DNA of 64,000 bases from Balanoglossus misakiensis. Its lineage: Eukaryota > Animalia > Hemichordata. The stretch lies in contig CM082579.2 of assembly GCA_040954595.2 (NCBI GenBank), forward strand, positions 5,390,879 to 5,454,878, read 5' to 3'. The notes beneath the pieces were generated by a model that searched no databases, had not been told where the DNA came from, and worked only from the letters and a program-made list of their open reading frames with translations. This document shows, piece by piece, positions 1 to 35,857 of the stretch (positions are counted from its first letter, which is position 1; each line of letters opens with the position of its first letter). Position numbers and translations under genes: made by a program.

Positions 1-151
1 CAGAGTGCTCAGATAAGCGCCCCCACGCTAGTAAGTTATCACATCGTTTGTTTTTTATATTTCACCCAACAGCTGCCATTTGTTGCCTTTTCTCATCTGT
101 CTTTTTATTTTCCGACTGACATATGACCGGGTACATGTTTGGATTCCTTAC

Positions 152-23307
<23,156 letters not shown>

Positions 23308-23599
23308 GATTTGTAATGTTCAAATACAATGAATTTGCTTCCGAAGTTAGACTGTGCTTGCCAGCCCAGTCACCCTTGCTCTGCCTCCATTTTTCGGGAC
23401 TTCGATGATAACAGGACTATCACTCGGTGAAGTTTTGTTTCATTCCGGTAAGAAGATCTGCGGTAGCTTCGAAATGCTGACGTTCAGGCGGCTAGTTGCC
23501 TTTATTTGCTGCCTTTGCGGGTTCCTGTTGGATAGTGAAAATCGACCGCTGTTGACAACACACTTCAACAAACAAACGAACACATGTACATCGTACGAT

Positions 23600-24350
23600 A
23601 CAACAGTCAACAGATCCGTCACGTCAGTGCATTAGAAATATTGGTGATCGTGTGTTAAGAACACGAGACTGCTTGAAAAAAAATGATTCTATCTCTCAAT
23701 TGGAAGGATTTCCAGCAATGTGTGTTCCAGATATTCGAAAGTGGCTATCTGAAAACAGCTGGTAGATTAAGGCAGACGCATATCCGGATTGAATGCACGT
23801 CATATCACCGACAGTCTGTCATAGCAGACAGAAATGGTCTCTTGAAAAGGACATATCTCTTGATGGACCACAATTCTGGTTTACTCGCAAAAGAGATCAC
23901 TCACCTTAGCTTGTCGATCTGTTTTAAAGTGTTATTTTTCAGAGCGATTGCCTTCAAACGCTCCAAAATACGTCCTTTGGGGCAAACAACTATTTCCGAG
24001 AAACTCGACTTCCCCTTGACGTCCTCGTCGTTGTTTATTATGCACATAGTGCGCAAGCGCAGATGACCTCACAGTTACGATACATCAGCGCACTCAACCG
24101 CAGCACGACTAATTTTTTCTGGACTATCAACTTTTCTCATTCGCAATGAAAATCTCTCTGGAGTCGAGTCGCGAGATGGTCGATAACATACTGTTTGTTT
24201 ATGAAGCTGCAACCAAAACCCCTTGCGACAGTAGCATTCTTGACTTCGGAACACTTGATATGATCTCTTCTTGGTCTTTTTGCCGCTCCGAAGTCCATTA
24301 TTTTATACGTCGGACATGACTTAAAAGTTCATTATCATAGATAGTACAAT
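23600..24350. promoter_or_regulatory. Probable bidirectional promoter between fry and Clock
   Basis: Inferred divergent start codons about 1 kb apart (23307, 24354); locally CpG-rich; NRF1-like TGCGCAAGCGCA 24050-24061; CRE-like TGACGT cores near 23620 and 24017. Confidence 0.55.
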
Positions 24351-24353
24351 AAA

Positions 24354-27300
24354 ATGGTTCTGCAGGTGTGCTTTGTTAGCTGTCTGTGCTGTGCTGTAGT
24401 GTTTGTTTGTGTCTTTACTGACCAAATCTGATAATTGATCAATGTCTTTGGGAACCCGAAATAATTGTTGCAGCTGGTATAGGCCTACTAAGTTTTGTTA
24501 TAGTAGGATAGGGTACGAAAGATGTAAAAGGAAAAAGAAAATTCTTTCATACCAGATCACTTTTAAACGATTTCAATAATGAAAAAGTTCATTAATGTGT
24601 GAAATAGTACTTTATTGGACTGAAACGATAAAGTGACCGCATATGAGACCGCATCTAGCTATCGCTATGGCGCGCGCCCTCACCGAGCGTGTAGTAAGAT
24701 TCCTTTCTTTTTTCTGCATTTAGTTTCGTGGCCAGTCGACTTCCACATCGCCAATTTTCTTTTCAGTTGATAAATCGTGCAAGTATACGGAATTCTATTT
24801 AGTATAGACATATCAAAAGTGCACTAAATTTCAGATCAATCCAACCAACTGCTTTTTGCGATATCGTTGACTATCACAAAACTGGGCATTTTGGCATAGG
24901 AGGGAGGATAACAACTTATAGCAAAGACACGAAACAGAAATGCGTATTCGGTAAGGTATACTAGTCCCAGATAATACGAATATGCTGCTCAAATTAGACA
25001 ACTTCTGTGTGACTACGTTCCGAAAAGTTTGTGTGGATTATAGTGAAATCGTTTTGGTCATGTTCATCATGTCTACTGGTAGTTTTCGATATATGTAGGT
25101 CTATCCAACTTTCACTAAAATTTCTAAAAAAATGCGGACATCCTGAGTACATATTCTGCAGGTTTCTTTACCATTCGTTAAAGCGCACCCAGCGGTCGAT
25201 CACGCGTGGTAGAGACCTTACTGGTACATGTGACAGCAGAGCTAGAGGAAAACTATCAATTGCAATTTTAGCTGACTGGGGATGGAACACTTTATATTGC
25301 AGTGAACCAGGAAGATTCTGAGGGGATACGTCGGTCGGAAACAAAGGGAGAAAATCCGAGGTAAAAATATAACAAGTACCGTAGTATTCTCAGTGGCTAC
25401 TTCATGTATGTACATGTAGGCTATGTGTGTGTATATACTTATGCATGCATGCATGTATGGATTGCATTAATCATGCTTTACCTTTGTTTTTGTCTACAGT
25501 GTTATTTTTGTGTGCAATTGTAAGTTGATTTGTGTGCCTACTTTTTATATTCAGAATTTTATTTTGAGTTTTGACTCACTCAGTCAAGGGATGCCAAAAG
25601 GTATTGGGCAAGAACAAGGGGCAAGGACAGTGTCATTTTCCACCCCAGTGGTACATCCCTCTTGTAAATGAAATATATAAAATCATAAATATAAGTTAAT
25701 CTCTCGCTTGTGCTCATTCATTGAGACAATTTTTTATAAATGGAAACACTGAACTGAAGTATTAGGACGAACAAGTGATAGTTATCAGTGTTTTAGGGGG
25801 TCGAAGAGTAATTTGAATATGTAAATGTGGGAATTGAGTTGAGTGGCATGAGCGTAAACACATCGTTGTCACTCCAATCCAAGCTGTTCGGATATTACTT
25901 TTCTTGTAGCTATAAACTTTACCTAGCTTGTTCAAATGTGTGTCAAGGATGAACTTTGGACGACGTTATCCCGTACTGATGAAAATGTCACATAAGGAGT
26001 AAGTATAAGTTCGTATTTTTACATGTTGATGGATGCAGTCTGCAGACGAATAAGTATTGTGAGGATGTATGGATGTCTGTACCATTACGTAATAGTATGT
26101 ATTATATATGGTTTGTCCATTTTTCGCTTAGCAAGCGTTTGTTTTGCTTTGCGTGTGCGATATAACAGTATTCTCCGATACTTAGTAATGTCCTCGAAGA
26201 CTGCCCTTTGAGTCGAAACATGGAAAAATTGCTCGCAAAACGTGAAAGATTGGCGATGACCTTTTGTCGATAATTCGGTCATGATTGTACTCTGTCTCTG
26301 GTAGTGCGCCCTCACTGTGTGAACTAGACTAGTCAGGGACGTCGTCTATGTAACTTCTAATCGTGGAAGGAGGAGCTGCTCTCATCGAGATGAACGCGAT
26401 TTGCATGTCATGTCGTCTGTCCAAAACGACTGGTCCACAGTCGCTTGTTTCCCTGGTCGGCTTGCAATGTCATAAAAAAAGACAGCAGGTTGGCCCGGCA
26501 ACAAGCGACTGAACTGGTCGACATATGAAACGTCAGGTGTATTACTTTTTTGGGTGAACACTAATTGTCATTCACTTAACTTAGTGATATAAAATACAGC
26601 TGATATCAGAGGTTTTTTTAGAAGTACCTCCAAGGCACCCCAGTAGTATTATTGTAGTCTAAGTAACTCAAATTGTAGGCCGTACAGACATTTTAAAGAT
26701 TATTTCCATGATTTGACCTTCATATGAAAAACATCTGTTAAGTTTAAGACCTCATCCCCTGATTTCGTCTATAGAAGTCCAACTTTGCTGTATAAAAATG
26801 CTGGATTTGGACCAAACAATGTTGACATCTGTCCATCAACTCAACAATTCATTTGGTAGAAATTTGAGATTCAGTAGAAAACCTACACATACTTTTCTGA
26901 GAGAACTCCATGTCAATGACATGTAACTGATCAGCAAACAAGTAGATTGCACAGCCAACCATTTTCTTGGTCACATAATTAGGGTACCTAGACTATTGTT
27001 TGATTTAAGTCTCAGAACAGCAGTGTAGATCTAGCAGTGGTCTGAAAGAGAGCATGATCGAACTACCACCTGCTCCGTTGATCAATTTTCCAGGAGAAAC
27101 AACCCAATCCCTGGGCATTTACGGAACAGTCATATATAGTCATGCAACAAGTAGACTGGGTGACAGTACATGTAGTTTGTTGGTTTGATGTCCAGGTTTT
27201 ATAGTGAGATGACTTTAAAGAGTTAGTAGTGTGATACATGATGTGTTGTAACCATGATAATAAGGTATGTATAATTGTTGTATGGTCAATTTGTGAATTA

Positions 27301-30214
27301 TTTTCCACTGCTGGGTACAGCCTTGTACATGAGAATCTAGCAGGTGTCTACTGAAATAATATTTACAGAGGACCAACAATTTGTACATGTATGGTTGGGA
27401 TTTTTGCTATTTCAAGAAGCCACACAAAATGTTTGAAAGTTATTCAGCAACAGCTGATTTAGTAAAGTTGCGGGTTTTTTATCAGGTGGCTTAATGTTCA
27501 CAGTGCCTCCACCACACTTTGTTCTTCAGCAGTGAATACACTGTTGCACCACACACAGTAGAATCAAATTGAACAGTCCCGATCAGAAGGGAATGTCATT
27601 GACCTTTTTACCAGAAAAGGTCAGTGACCTCCCGGCCAGCCCATGGTACATTGTTTGAAGAAGGTCTTCTATTTACAGTTAGGCTGGTTATGTATGGTAA
27701 ACCTATGCAAATATGAACAAGTCTTGAGTCACTGTTGTTCAAGGGACAGATGGTATAACTTTTGATTAAAGGGGAAGTCCCGTCCAGCTGTAATTTGGTA
27801 GCTTTGAGGTCACTCTTTCAGAAAAAAAAAAACATTTTCGCCTTGCATAAGTCCTGCGATTATTTACACAAACGAGGGAAAATTGGCAGGATTTGAAATA
27901 TGGCGTTTTCTGTAATTTGAATCAGGAAAACAGTTTTAAAATACCAATAAAATTATGAAACTACAAAGAACAGTTATAAGTATATTAAAAGATAATAGTT
28001 TGATTTTAAATGAGGACTGACTAACTCTAATACGTAATGATGCTATAAATACATAAATTTCCTGTGTCCTTTCAAAGTAGTAACTTTGACAAAATGTCCT
28101 AGGTCATGTCTTCTATAATTAAATCAGCATAATCCTTATTTGCTTTGCCGACTGTTGGTGGTATTACATCATACGTGTACATGTAAGTCTCCATAGTGAA
28201 CTGCTTGGAATGTTGTTATACTGTATATCCATGTAACCAAGTGGTATCACTTAGAGTACATTACGGTCTGTACATGTACATGTATGACTAATGTAGTAAA
28301 ACTCTGTTTAGTGAATGATATAACGCAGCACTGTAATGAGATTGAAAATAAATTTTAACCTGAAATATACACTGAATTTTGTCAGCTATTCAATGAATTA
28401 AAAACCCAATTTATAAAATCAGTAATAAGATCTACATGTACATATGAACTCAAGAGTGGAGATCTTACCCTGGGGACATACAGCCCAGATTTGCTCAAAA
28501 GGTCACACAGATACATGTACCACACGTACAGCAAAACCATGCCATTGACAGCCACATGATTTAGCTACATGTATACCTCTATCTTTCCTTGCAGTAATAA
28601 CGTATACACAAGTAGTCAGTCACAAAGCGCAAGCGAAGATGATGACAAAGATGATTACAAAAGGTAGGTGTTATTCATGAAGAACATGTTGTGTATTACT
28701 TAACCAAGGTTGTCAATTAAAGGGACATTAGCTGTCAATTTTGGCTGTATTTCCAGTATTTTTGTTCTGTGTGCCAAATGCAATGTCTTGCTCTACTCCA
28801 AACAGCATTTGCTATCAACACAGCTTGTCGTAACAGACATTGATTTGTCATTGTTGAAAAATCAATTCCCGTCTGGACAAAAAAATAATGCTATTTAAAA
28901 AAAACAATTTGAAAGAAAAAAAAAACTTGTATAGTATACAGATGCACTTGCAAGTTGCATACCTCCCAAAAGAGAATTACAGCATTACTGGCAGTCTCAG
29001 ATTGAAGATAACAAATTGAATGTTTTTGCTGAACAGAAAATCCAGAAATGCAAGTGAGAAGAAACGACGGGACCAGTTCAATATACTTATCAACGAACTC
29101 TGTGCCATGGTGTCCTCAAAGTCGAGAAAGATGGATAAATCCTCAGTCCTTAAAGCGACAATTTCATTCCTTCGACAACACAATGGTAAGTTACAATGAG
29201 TATTTTTTTAGAGTTAGTACATTGTAAGTTACTGTGGCTGGTGGCCACCTCCCTATAATTGCTCTTGGAAGAACAATAAGAAACACTGGCTTAATTGTAA
29301 TTGATCGTGTTCTCTTTATCTCTGAATAACATACTATTATTCACATTGTTCTTTCGTGATTATTTATTGTCAGGTTTTTTTGCTCTCGGGAAGTTTGTGA
29401 AAATTTCCCGTTTTACAATAGATAAACTTGAATAGAAATAAATATTTCTGTTTTTCCAGAAATGTCAAGTTTACCTAATTTTTTTTTTTTTAAATGTTGT
29501 TAATGTTGTGCCTCTGACAGAAATCACCGTGAGATCTTCAAAGAATGGCATTGCAGAGGGCTGGAAGCCATCTTTCTTGTCGGATGATGAGTTCAGTACA
29601 TTGATGCTGGAAGCCCTGGACGGATTTATGATGGTCATATCTCAGCAAGGGCACATGTTATATGCGTCAGACAGTATTACTACGTTGCTTGGACACCTCC
29701 AGGTAGGTTTGATCCCTCTGTTACTTTTAGCGCTCCAGTTTTCCAACTCCTTTGAGAGTGTCGTTTCTAAAGGAAGGAGCTACGACATCATTTATGATGC
29801 TATTTTTAGTGAAAAAAATAGTTTCTGTAACCACTGGACTGATTGTTTTGCAATTTTCAACATACATCTACTTTACTCTACATCTATGAATGTACGTAAT
29901 ATTGTGACCGAATTGGAGCATACTGTCCACTCCGTGATGCTCTTTGTTTTCAATTGTCAATGCTTGGAAGTTTAATGGCAACTGTTGCTTGGTTTCTGAA
30001 CGTCATATGCTGAAGTTGTCATCTTCACACCTCTCATGTAGGCGCACTGGAAATTAATTCCATACAATTGCTCTACTCAGGGAATGATGGAAATGTCAGA
30101 CATGACGCAGCTTCAAAGATCATTTTACACATAAATTGGAGTGCCGGAGGCCAATTTTAGCCAAACGACTTGAGTCTTCTAAGACAAATGTTATTTCAAT
30201 ACTGTATCTTATAT

Positions 30215-30247
<33 letters not shown>

Positions 30248-33200
30248 TTAATTGGTACAGGGTATGACAAGCGTGAATTTCTATTGAAATGGAAGCAGAT
30301 TCTTGATGCTATTCGTTTTGTTTTATTTTCCAACTCTCAGAACGACTACCAGAATAGCACCATATACGAGCTAGTTCATGAAGATGACAGACCCGAGATG
30401 TATAAAATTTTGGCCATGGCAGACCGTAGCTTGGTGGACTGCGGTAGTGAAATTCTCAACAAAAGATTTCACTTCAAATGCCATATGGTCAGATCTTCAG
30501 GGAATCCCTGTGACAACCCGGTGTATGAACCAGTGCAAATCAGTGGGAATTTCACAAGGAGGATCGATGGTAATTATGGAGTCTTGATGTCATTTTTATA
30601 TCCAGATCATGTGCCTGCCTTAAACTCAGAATGAATACAATGTACATGTACTTTGATGTCAATCTGCCGTGGTTTCTGTCAATTGATCCAGCGGGGACTA
30701 TGTCATCAACAATGAGTTGTTGAAAATTGAACTCACAATCTGCAGCTTCTGTTAAAGACAGGGCATTTTAATAACAAACATGTTAGGAAAATATCGGCTG
30801 CAAATATATCAGCTGGATTTTCATGCAGTAGACTGACAATCATGTCATTTATACGTATTGAAAATGAAACACCACAACTGTCCAATAATGATGCTTTTTT
30901 GACAACGCGCATAATACAAGGTTAATTAGAGCCATGACCCATTGAAATGGTGAACTCTGGTCATCTTGGGTGGTAATTAAGTAGTTTTCTCTACCTTGTG
31001 GTATACTATCATTATACCACACTCGCTTAATTATGTAGGAATATTGTTTTGCAAGTTTTTTAAGAACACTTAAATTTTGTAGCTGAAAGTCAAGGGTTAC
31101 AGCTCAGTATTTGACCATCAGAGAAAATATGGAGGGGGAGGGGGTGTATGTATTTGTAAGTCTTGTATTACCTCCTTTGACATCAAAAACATTTGTGTCA
31201 CAGCATGAGAATGAGATGCTTCTGGAGGAGTTAAAACCAAGAAGGAAGCCTTTGCAGTCATTCCTGCCTTAATTAGCCTGACCTACTAGTGATGACTTTC
31301 AGTTCTGATATCCTGTTTGTTTGACGGAGGAAACCAGACAGCCCTTGGATTATAATATATTCAGGGTTCTAATGCAGTTTCCTGCTGTGTGTGTTGTTGT
31401 TGTTTTTCTTTTTGTAGAACCTTTTGATATGGACAATTTATCGAGCGGCAGCCCGTATGTGTTTGCGTGTACAGTGCAGTTGCAGCATGCACAGCTGGGC
31501 ACAGAGCTGGCAGTGGCGGCATTCATGGGCAATGAATTCATTTCAAGACACAGTCTTGACTGGAAGTTCTTGTTCCTGGATCACAGGTAATATTGTGGTC
31601 ATCAGTGTGGAATATATTACTCTGATTGTAATGTGTGAGTGTGTGGGTGTGGGTGTGTGCTTTCATTTTCTTGGTTGCCATGGTAAGAGCATCAGTCGCT
31701 TGATTGACTGACTGACTGAAACAAGAGCAATGAAGAGAAATCAACCCCCACACTTCTTCGTAGTTGATAAATAACACATTCAAGTGGCTGTGAAAATGGA
31801 AATTTTCATCTACAGGTGATAAGCTGCAATCAAGCTGGAGTGCATTAACATTGAACAAATACACATTATGACTATTTTTCGCACAAGAAGTAGCATTCTG
31901 TAACAATTAAGTGTATATATTATGTAATTGCATCCGGAAATTGTTTTGTGTATCTTCTCCAGATTCTTGTTCAAATTCCTAAAACATGATGAAATGCCCA
32001 GCATTTTTAGCTGAGCAATATATTTCACATTATTGTTTAATTCTTATGTTTTAGAGGGCCGCCCATTATTGGCTACCTTCCATTCGAGGTGCTGGGAACA
32101 TCCGGATATGATTATTACCACCAAGACGACTTAGAAAAACTTGCAAAATGTCACGAAGCATGTAAGTTCAGGTTGATGTTGTTCTTTAAGTCATTGTTGA
32201 TTTTGTCCGTCCATATACATGGACATGTACTAGTATCCATGAAATTAGAAATATTGTGGATATCATTTTATTTATGCATTCATTTTTTTCCAGTGATGCA
32301 GACAGGTGAAGGGACTTCTTGTTACCATCGATTTCTCACCAAGGGTCAAGAATGGATCTGGTTACAGACAAGATACTACATTTCATACAACCAGTGGAAC
32401 TCCAAACCTGAATTCATTGTGTGCAACCATAAAGTTGTCAGGTAAGCTGCTGACAGGCAGGCAGGCAGGCATGCATACACAAGTTGCGCTGCCCCTGTCC
32501 AACTGTCTGTACTGATACATGTAATCGCAGGTGTGACCCATTACACTCTGTGAGTTAGTTTGACCAGTCATTATGTGTATGTTATTGTGAGGTAAGTAAA
32601 ACCTGTCTAAAGAGGACACCAACGGCACTGAGAATGGTGTTCGGTTTGCAGAGGTGTCTGGTTTATAGAGGTTCTTTTAACATGTGGTTTTATATACGGT
32701 ATTAGGGACCAGAAAGAGTGTTCATGTAGTATATAGACAGGTTGCCAGATTAGACAGGGTTTAGTTTGGACAGGTTTTACCGGTGTAGTACAGGGCTCAT
32801 GGCTGTTCTTGTCTTCATTATTACAGTTATGCCGACGTCAGAGCAGGAATGCAGAGAGAACTGGGTATACTATCAGACAAGGAAATCCAAATGAGTGATG
32901 ACTTGAATACCTCAGATTCGTTCCGACAAGAAGACAGCTCCTCAGAGTGCATGTCGTCTCCGCCGGTGGTGTCCAGTTCGGACGACCACAAGAACAGGAC
33001 GACCCCGGCGATACACACCTCGGCGGAGATTTCCCAGTCCCAGGACAAGAATGACTGGAACGTTGTGGCAGGATACAGTAAGTGTGGCACATTTGGTCAA
33101 GGATTGGGAAAATCATTGGGACTGTGCAATAGTGGTGTCTTCTTTTGTTGCGAGTGTGCATAATGGGTGTTGAGAGTGACTTAACCGTCCAATAGTGTGA

Positions 33201-35154
33201 TATTTCCAAAGGATGAAAATGTACTATTCGAGGCAACGGCTTATGCATCGTAGCTTGCCTAATCCTGAGAACTCTATCATAGCGCACATGTGCTAACTTC
33301 TTTGTGCTTTGTGTGTAGGTCAGTCAGAGTGCGATGAGATGGGCGGGTCGTCAGGAAGGGAGGAAGAGCCGTCATCTAAATCCCACCTGCAGTCTCTCTT
33401 CATGCCCACGATGACCAATCAGCATGGCGGCGTAGGAATGACGCAGTGTGTACAGAGTTCACAGCAGGTGGCACATATGGAAGTCGTTTCGGCCACGGAC
33501 AAGTCTTCACTTGATGTATGTAGAATGTTTTTGTACGTGTTGGTTGCAAAGCAGCAGGGCCATCACCAGTTGACATAATACCCCCCCCCCCCCCCCCCCC
33601 ACCTCTCTTGAATACGTGAAACAAATTGATAGACATGTGCAATATATGTCATATAGTCAATGGAATCAGTTGACATGTCTGAGTAACAGTTTAGGACATT
33701 AAAAAAGAGCCCCCTGACAGCTGTATTGGATCGTATCATGACACAAATTGATACAATGGACAGTATCATGTTTGAATGAAAGTGAGTCAATCATGTTTGT
33801 GTAATGGCTCCAGATACCAGGGTTACGTGTCTTTTATGCAGTTGGGCATTTGTGGAGAGCTGTGTCGTTGACTGGGGCTTTCCTATATCCTTCACTTGCA
33901 GGCAAGGCATCTACCGCCCGACCAGCTGTCGGCCATCCAGATGAAACTGCAGGAGCAGTTGGTGGTGAAGCACCAGAAGCTGCAGGAGATGATCCTCAAG
34001 CAGCAGGAGGAGCTGCAGCAGGTGCAGGCGCAGCTGCTGATGGCGCGGCAGATGATGGCCCAGCAGAATCCCATGATGATGCAGCAGTTCATGCAGCAGC
34101 AGCAGGGGGGCAACATGCAGCAGCAGCAGCAGCAGCTTCAGACGCAGCAGCAGTTTCTCAACCAGGCTGGGCAGGCCAACCAGTTGCAGGTAATGGGTGG
34201 AACATTAAAGGGACATTAGCTGTAACATTTGTCTTTATTTCCAGTATTATTGTTCCATTAAAGGGACATTAGCTGTAACATTTGTCTTTATTTCCAGTAT
34301 TATTGTTCTATGTACCAAATGCCATTTCTGGCTGTACCCCAAACAGCATGCTAATAATACTATACCAAGTACTCCACTTGTCAACGTAGTTTGTATGTGT
34401 GTAATGGCCGGGAAGATAGCATACTGACCTCAAATACTGTAAAATGCTGCAAATACTTACATGTATGGAGAGTTCAGGAATTCTCTGTCTTTCAGCGTGT
34501 GAACCCAGAAGTCATCGTGAGTTATTGCCCAGGGCATAGTATATGTTTCACTAATTCTTTGTCAATCTCTCTGCCTGACAGAATTCCATGTTTCCACTGA
34601 TGTCGACTTCACTGGGCATGTCAGGCTTGACCATGGGAAGTCTGATGATGATTCCGCAGCAGACGTCCAACCACCAACTCCAAAATCTAGGGGGTAATAT
34701 GTCAGGCATGGCTCTTCCGGGTACCGGACACCTTCCCTTTGCTTCATCTCCCTATCAAATGCAGGTAAGGAGAACACCGTCCATTTCATTTGAAAGAGAC
34801 TAAAGTTACATGTTACATTACAACTGTGTCATGTTAGAAGAAGCAATGTTTTGCTCTGTGAAAAATACTGAATGGTCATAATTGTTTTTTTGCCCTTTCT
34901 CTCTCTCTCTCTCTCTGAATCTGCCTGCTCCCCTGCACTGTCTGCAGATACCTGGTCAGCAGATGAACCAACAGATGAACCAGCAGATGAACCAGCAGCA
35001 AGAGAGCATGGCCATGCAGAGCCAGCAGATGCAGAGCCCGCCACAGATGCAGTTCCAGCCTGCCCTGATGCAGCAGCAGCTGCAGCCGTACCATCTGCAG
35101 CAGGACTCGCCCCCGCAGCAGCACCAGTCACCGCAGCACACCCCAGACTCCTAG
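24354..35154 (+). CDS. Clock: Circadian clock bHLH-PAS transcription factor CLOCK (about 759 aa in this model)
   Basis: Well-supported exons: 28595-28663, 29037-29185 (b[18 protein letters not shown]), 29521-29702 (WKPSFLS...[13 protein letters not shown]), 30341-30569, 31418-31586 ([18 protein letters not shown]), 32055-32161 ([21 protein letters not shown]), 32294-32441 ([24 protein letters not shown]), 32827-33077, 33319-33515, 33902-34189 (exon-19-like coiled coil), 34582-34764, 34948-35154 (Q-rich, TAG). The 5' exons 24354-24365 and 25272-25360 are inferred from splice sites and phase only; an alternative start is 24940-24950. Confidence 0.93.
26427..26520 (+). ncRNA. Candidate structured RNA / pre-miRNA-like hairpin in a Clock 5' intron
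   Basis: About 37 pairs in stacked helices including six G-U pairs that form only on the + strand; no family recognised. Confidence 0.45.
28717..28830 (+). repeat. Dispersed repeat starting TTAA-AGGGACATTAGCTGT (Kolobok-like DNA transposon end), copy 1
   Basis: About 100 bp similar to 34258-34350 (TTAAAGGGACATTAGCTGT...TATTTCCAGTATT...CCAAATGC...CCAAACAGCAT). A related TTAA-AGGGGAAGTCC end lies at 27766. Confidence 0.6.
30215..30247 (+). repeat. (ATG)11 microsatellite, Clock intron
   Basis: Read directly. Confidence 0.9.
32594..32782. mobile_element. pogo/Tigger-like MITE in a Clock intron
   Basis: TIRs GTAAAACCTGTCTAAA (32596-32611) and TTTGGACAGGTTTTAC (32765-32780) match 15/16; subterminal GACAGG repeats. 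Confidence 0.65.
34203..34350 (+). repeat. Same dispersed repeat, copy 2, with a perfect 53-bp tandem duplication of its end
   Basis: 34203-34255 equals 34256-34308; similarity to copy 1 continues downstream. Confidence 0.75.
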
Positions 35155-35776
35155 AGATGGGAACAGATGAACCGATCATTTCACCAATCCCATGAACTCT
35201 CTCTTTTCCCATTGAAAATGTACATTATTTAACTCCTGTCTTACTTCAAGAGGAACAGCCTTCATTCTCTATTAAAGACTTTATAAGCGAAGAGAATCTG
35301 TAGACATCCCAGGGAGAAAGATGCCTTAACCTTTTAGGGGTATTGTTCAGTCTTGAAGGATTTGTAAACAAAGGTGAAGTTTTGTTTTGTTTGCATGATT
35401 TTTCCTTGCACTGGATATGTGTGAAGCTTGTGATATGCAGCAGTATGGATATTAGAAGAATATGTAAACTCTGCCTTGTTGACCAACAAAAACAAAGAGA
35501 TAATTGTGATCTAAACATGGCTTCATATCCTGATCCTGCCCGGACTGTGGATTGCAACTCCATCTGATACAGTGCGTCGCTAACAATACCGCTACAGTCT
35601 CCAGAAACTTCCTACAGCGTGAGAGATATGCAGTTCATGACTGTGAATGGAGAAGCTGGACACACGTCAATGATGATGATAAAGATGATAGAAAGAAAAT
35701 AACAGACTGTGGTGTGAAAGACTGCGGTCAAGACATGAGACAGAATGAATTGTCAGTGGCCAGCTTTATGAAAGAG

Positions 35777-35803
35777 ATGATGATGATGATGATGATAATG
35801 ATG

Positions 35804-35834
<31 letters not shown>

Positions 35835-35857
35835 CGATAATGATGATGATGATGATG
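35777..35857 (+). repeat. Interrupted (ATG)n microsatellite downstream of the Clock stop codon
   Basis: Read directly; explains the poly-Met ORF 35552..35896. Confidence 0.9.

Noticed and set aside
23354-24066. ORFs of 93, 60 and 127 aa between fry and Clock
   Set aside because: No recognisable domain; they lie in the probable 5' UTR and promoter region.
25591-25606. ATG CCA AAA G/GTATTG as a Clock first coding exon
   Set aside because: Ends in phase 1, incompatible with the phase-2 acceptor at 28595.
25090-26725. RORE-like sequences near Clock (TATGTAGGTCT near 25093; TGACCTTCATA near 26714)
   Set aside because: Each has a mismatch to WAWNTRGGTCA; such near-matches are expected by chance.
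28170-28575. Recurrent TACATGTA palindromes
   Set aside because: They occur throughout the window without regular spacing; a background low-complexity motif, not an array or CRISPR.
33850-35212. Ala-rich, Cys-rich and Leu/His-rich ORFs overlapping the Clock 3' exons
   Set aside because: Alternative frames and the antisense strand of CAG-rich poly-Gln coding sequence.
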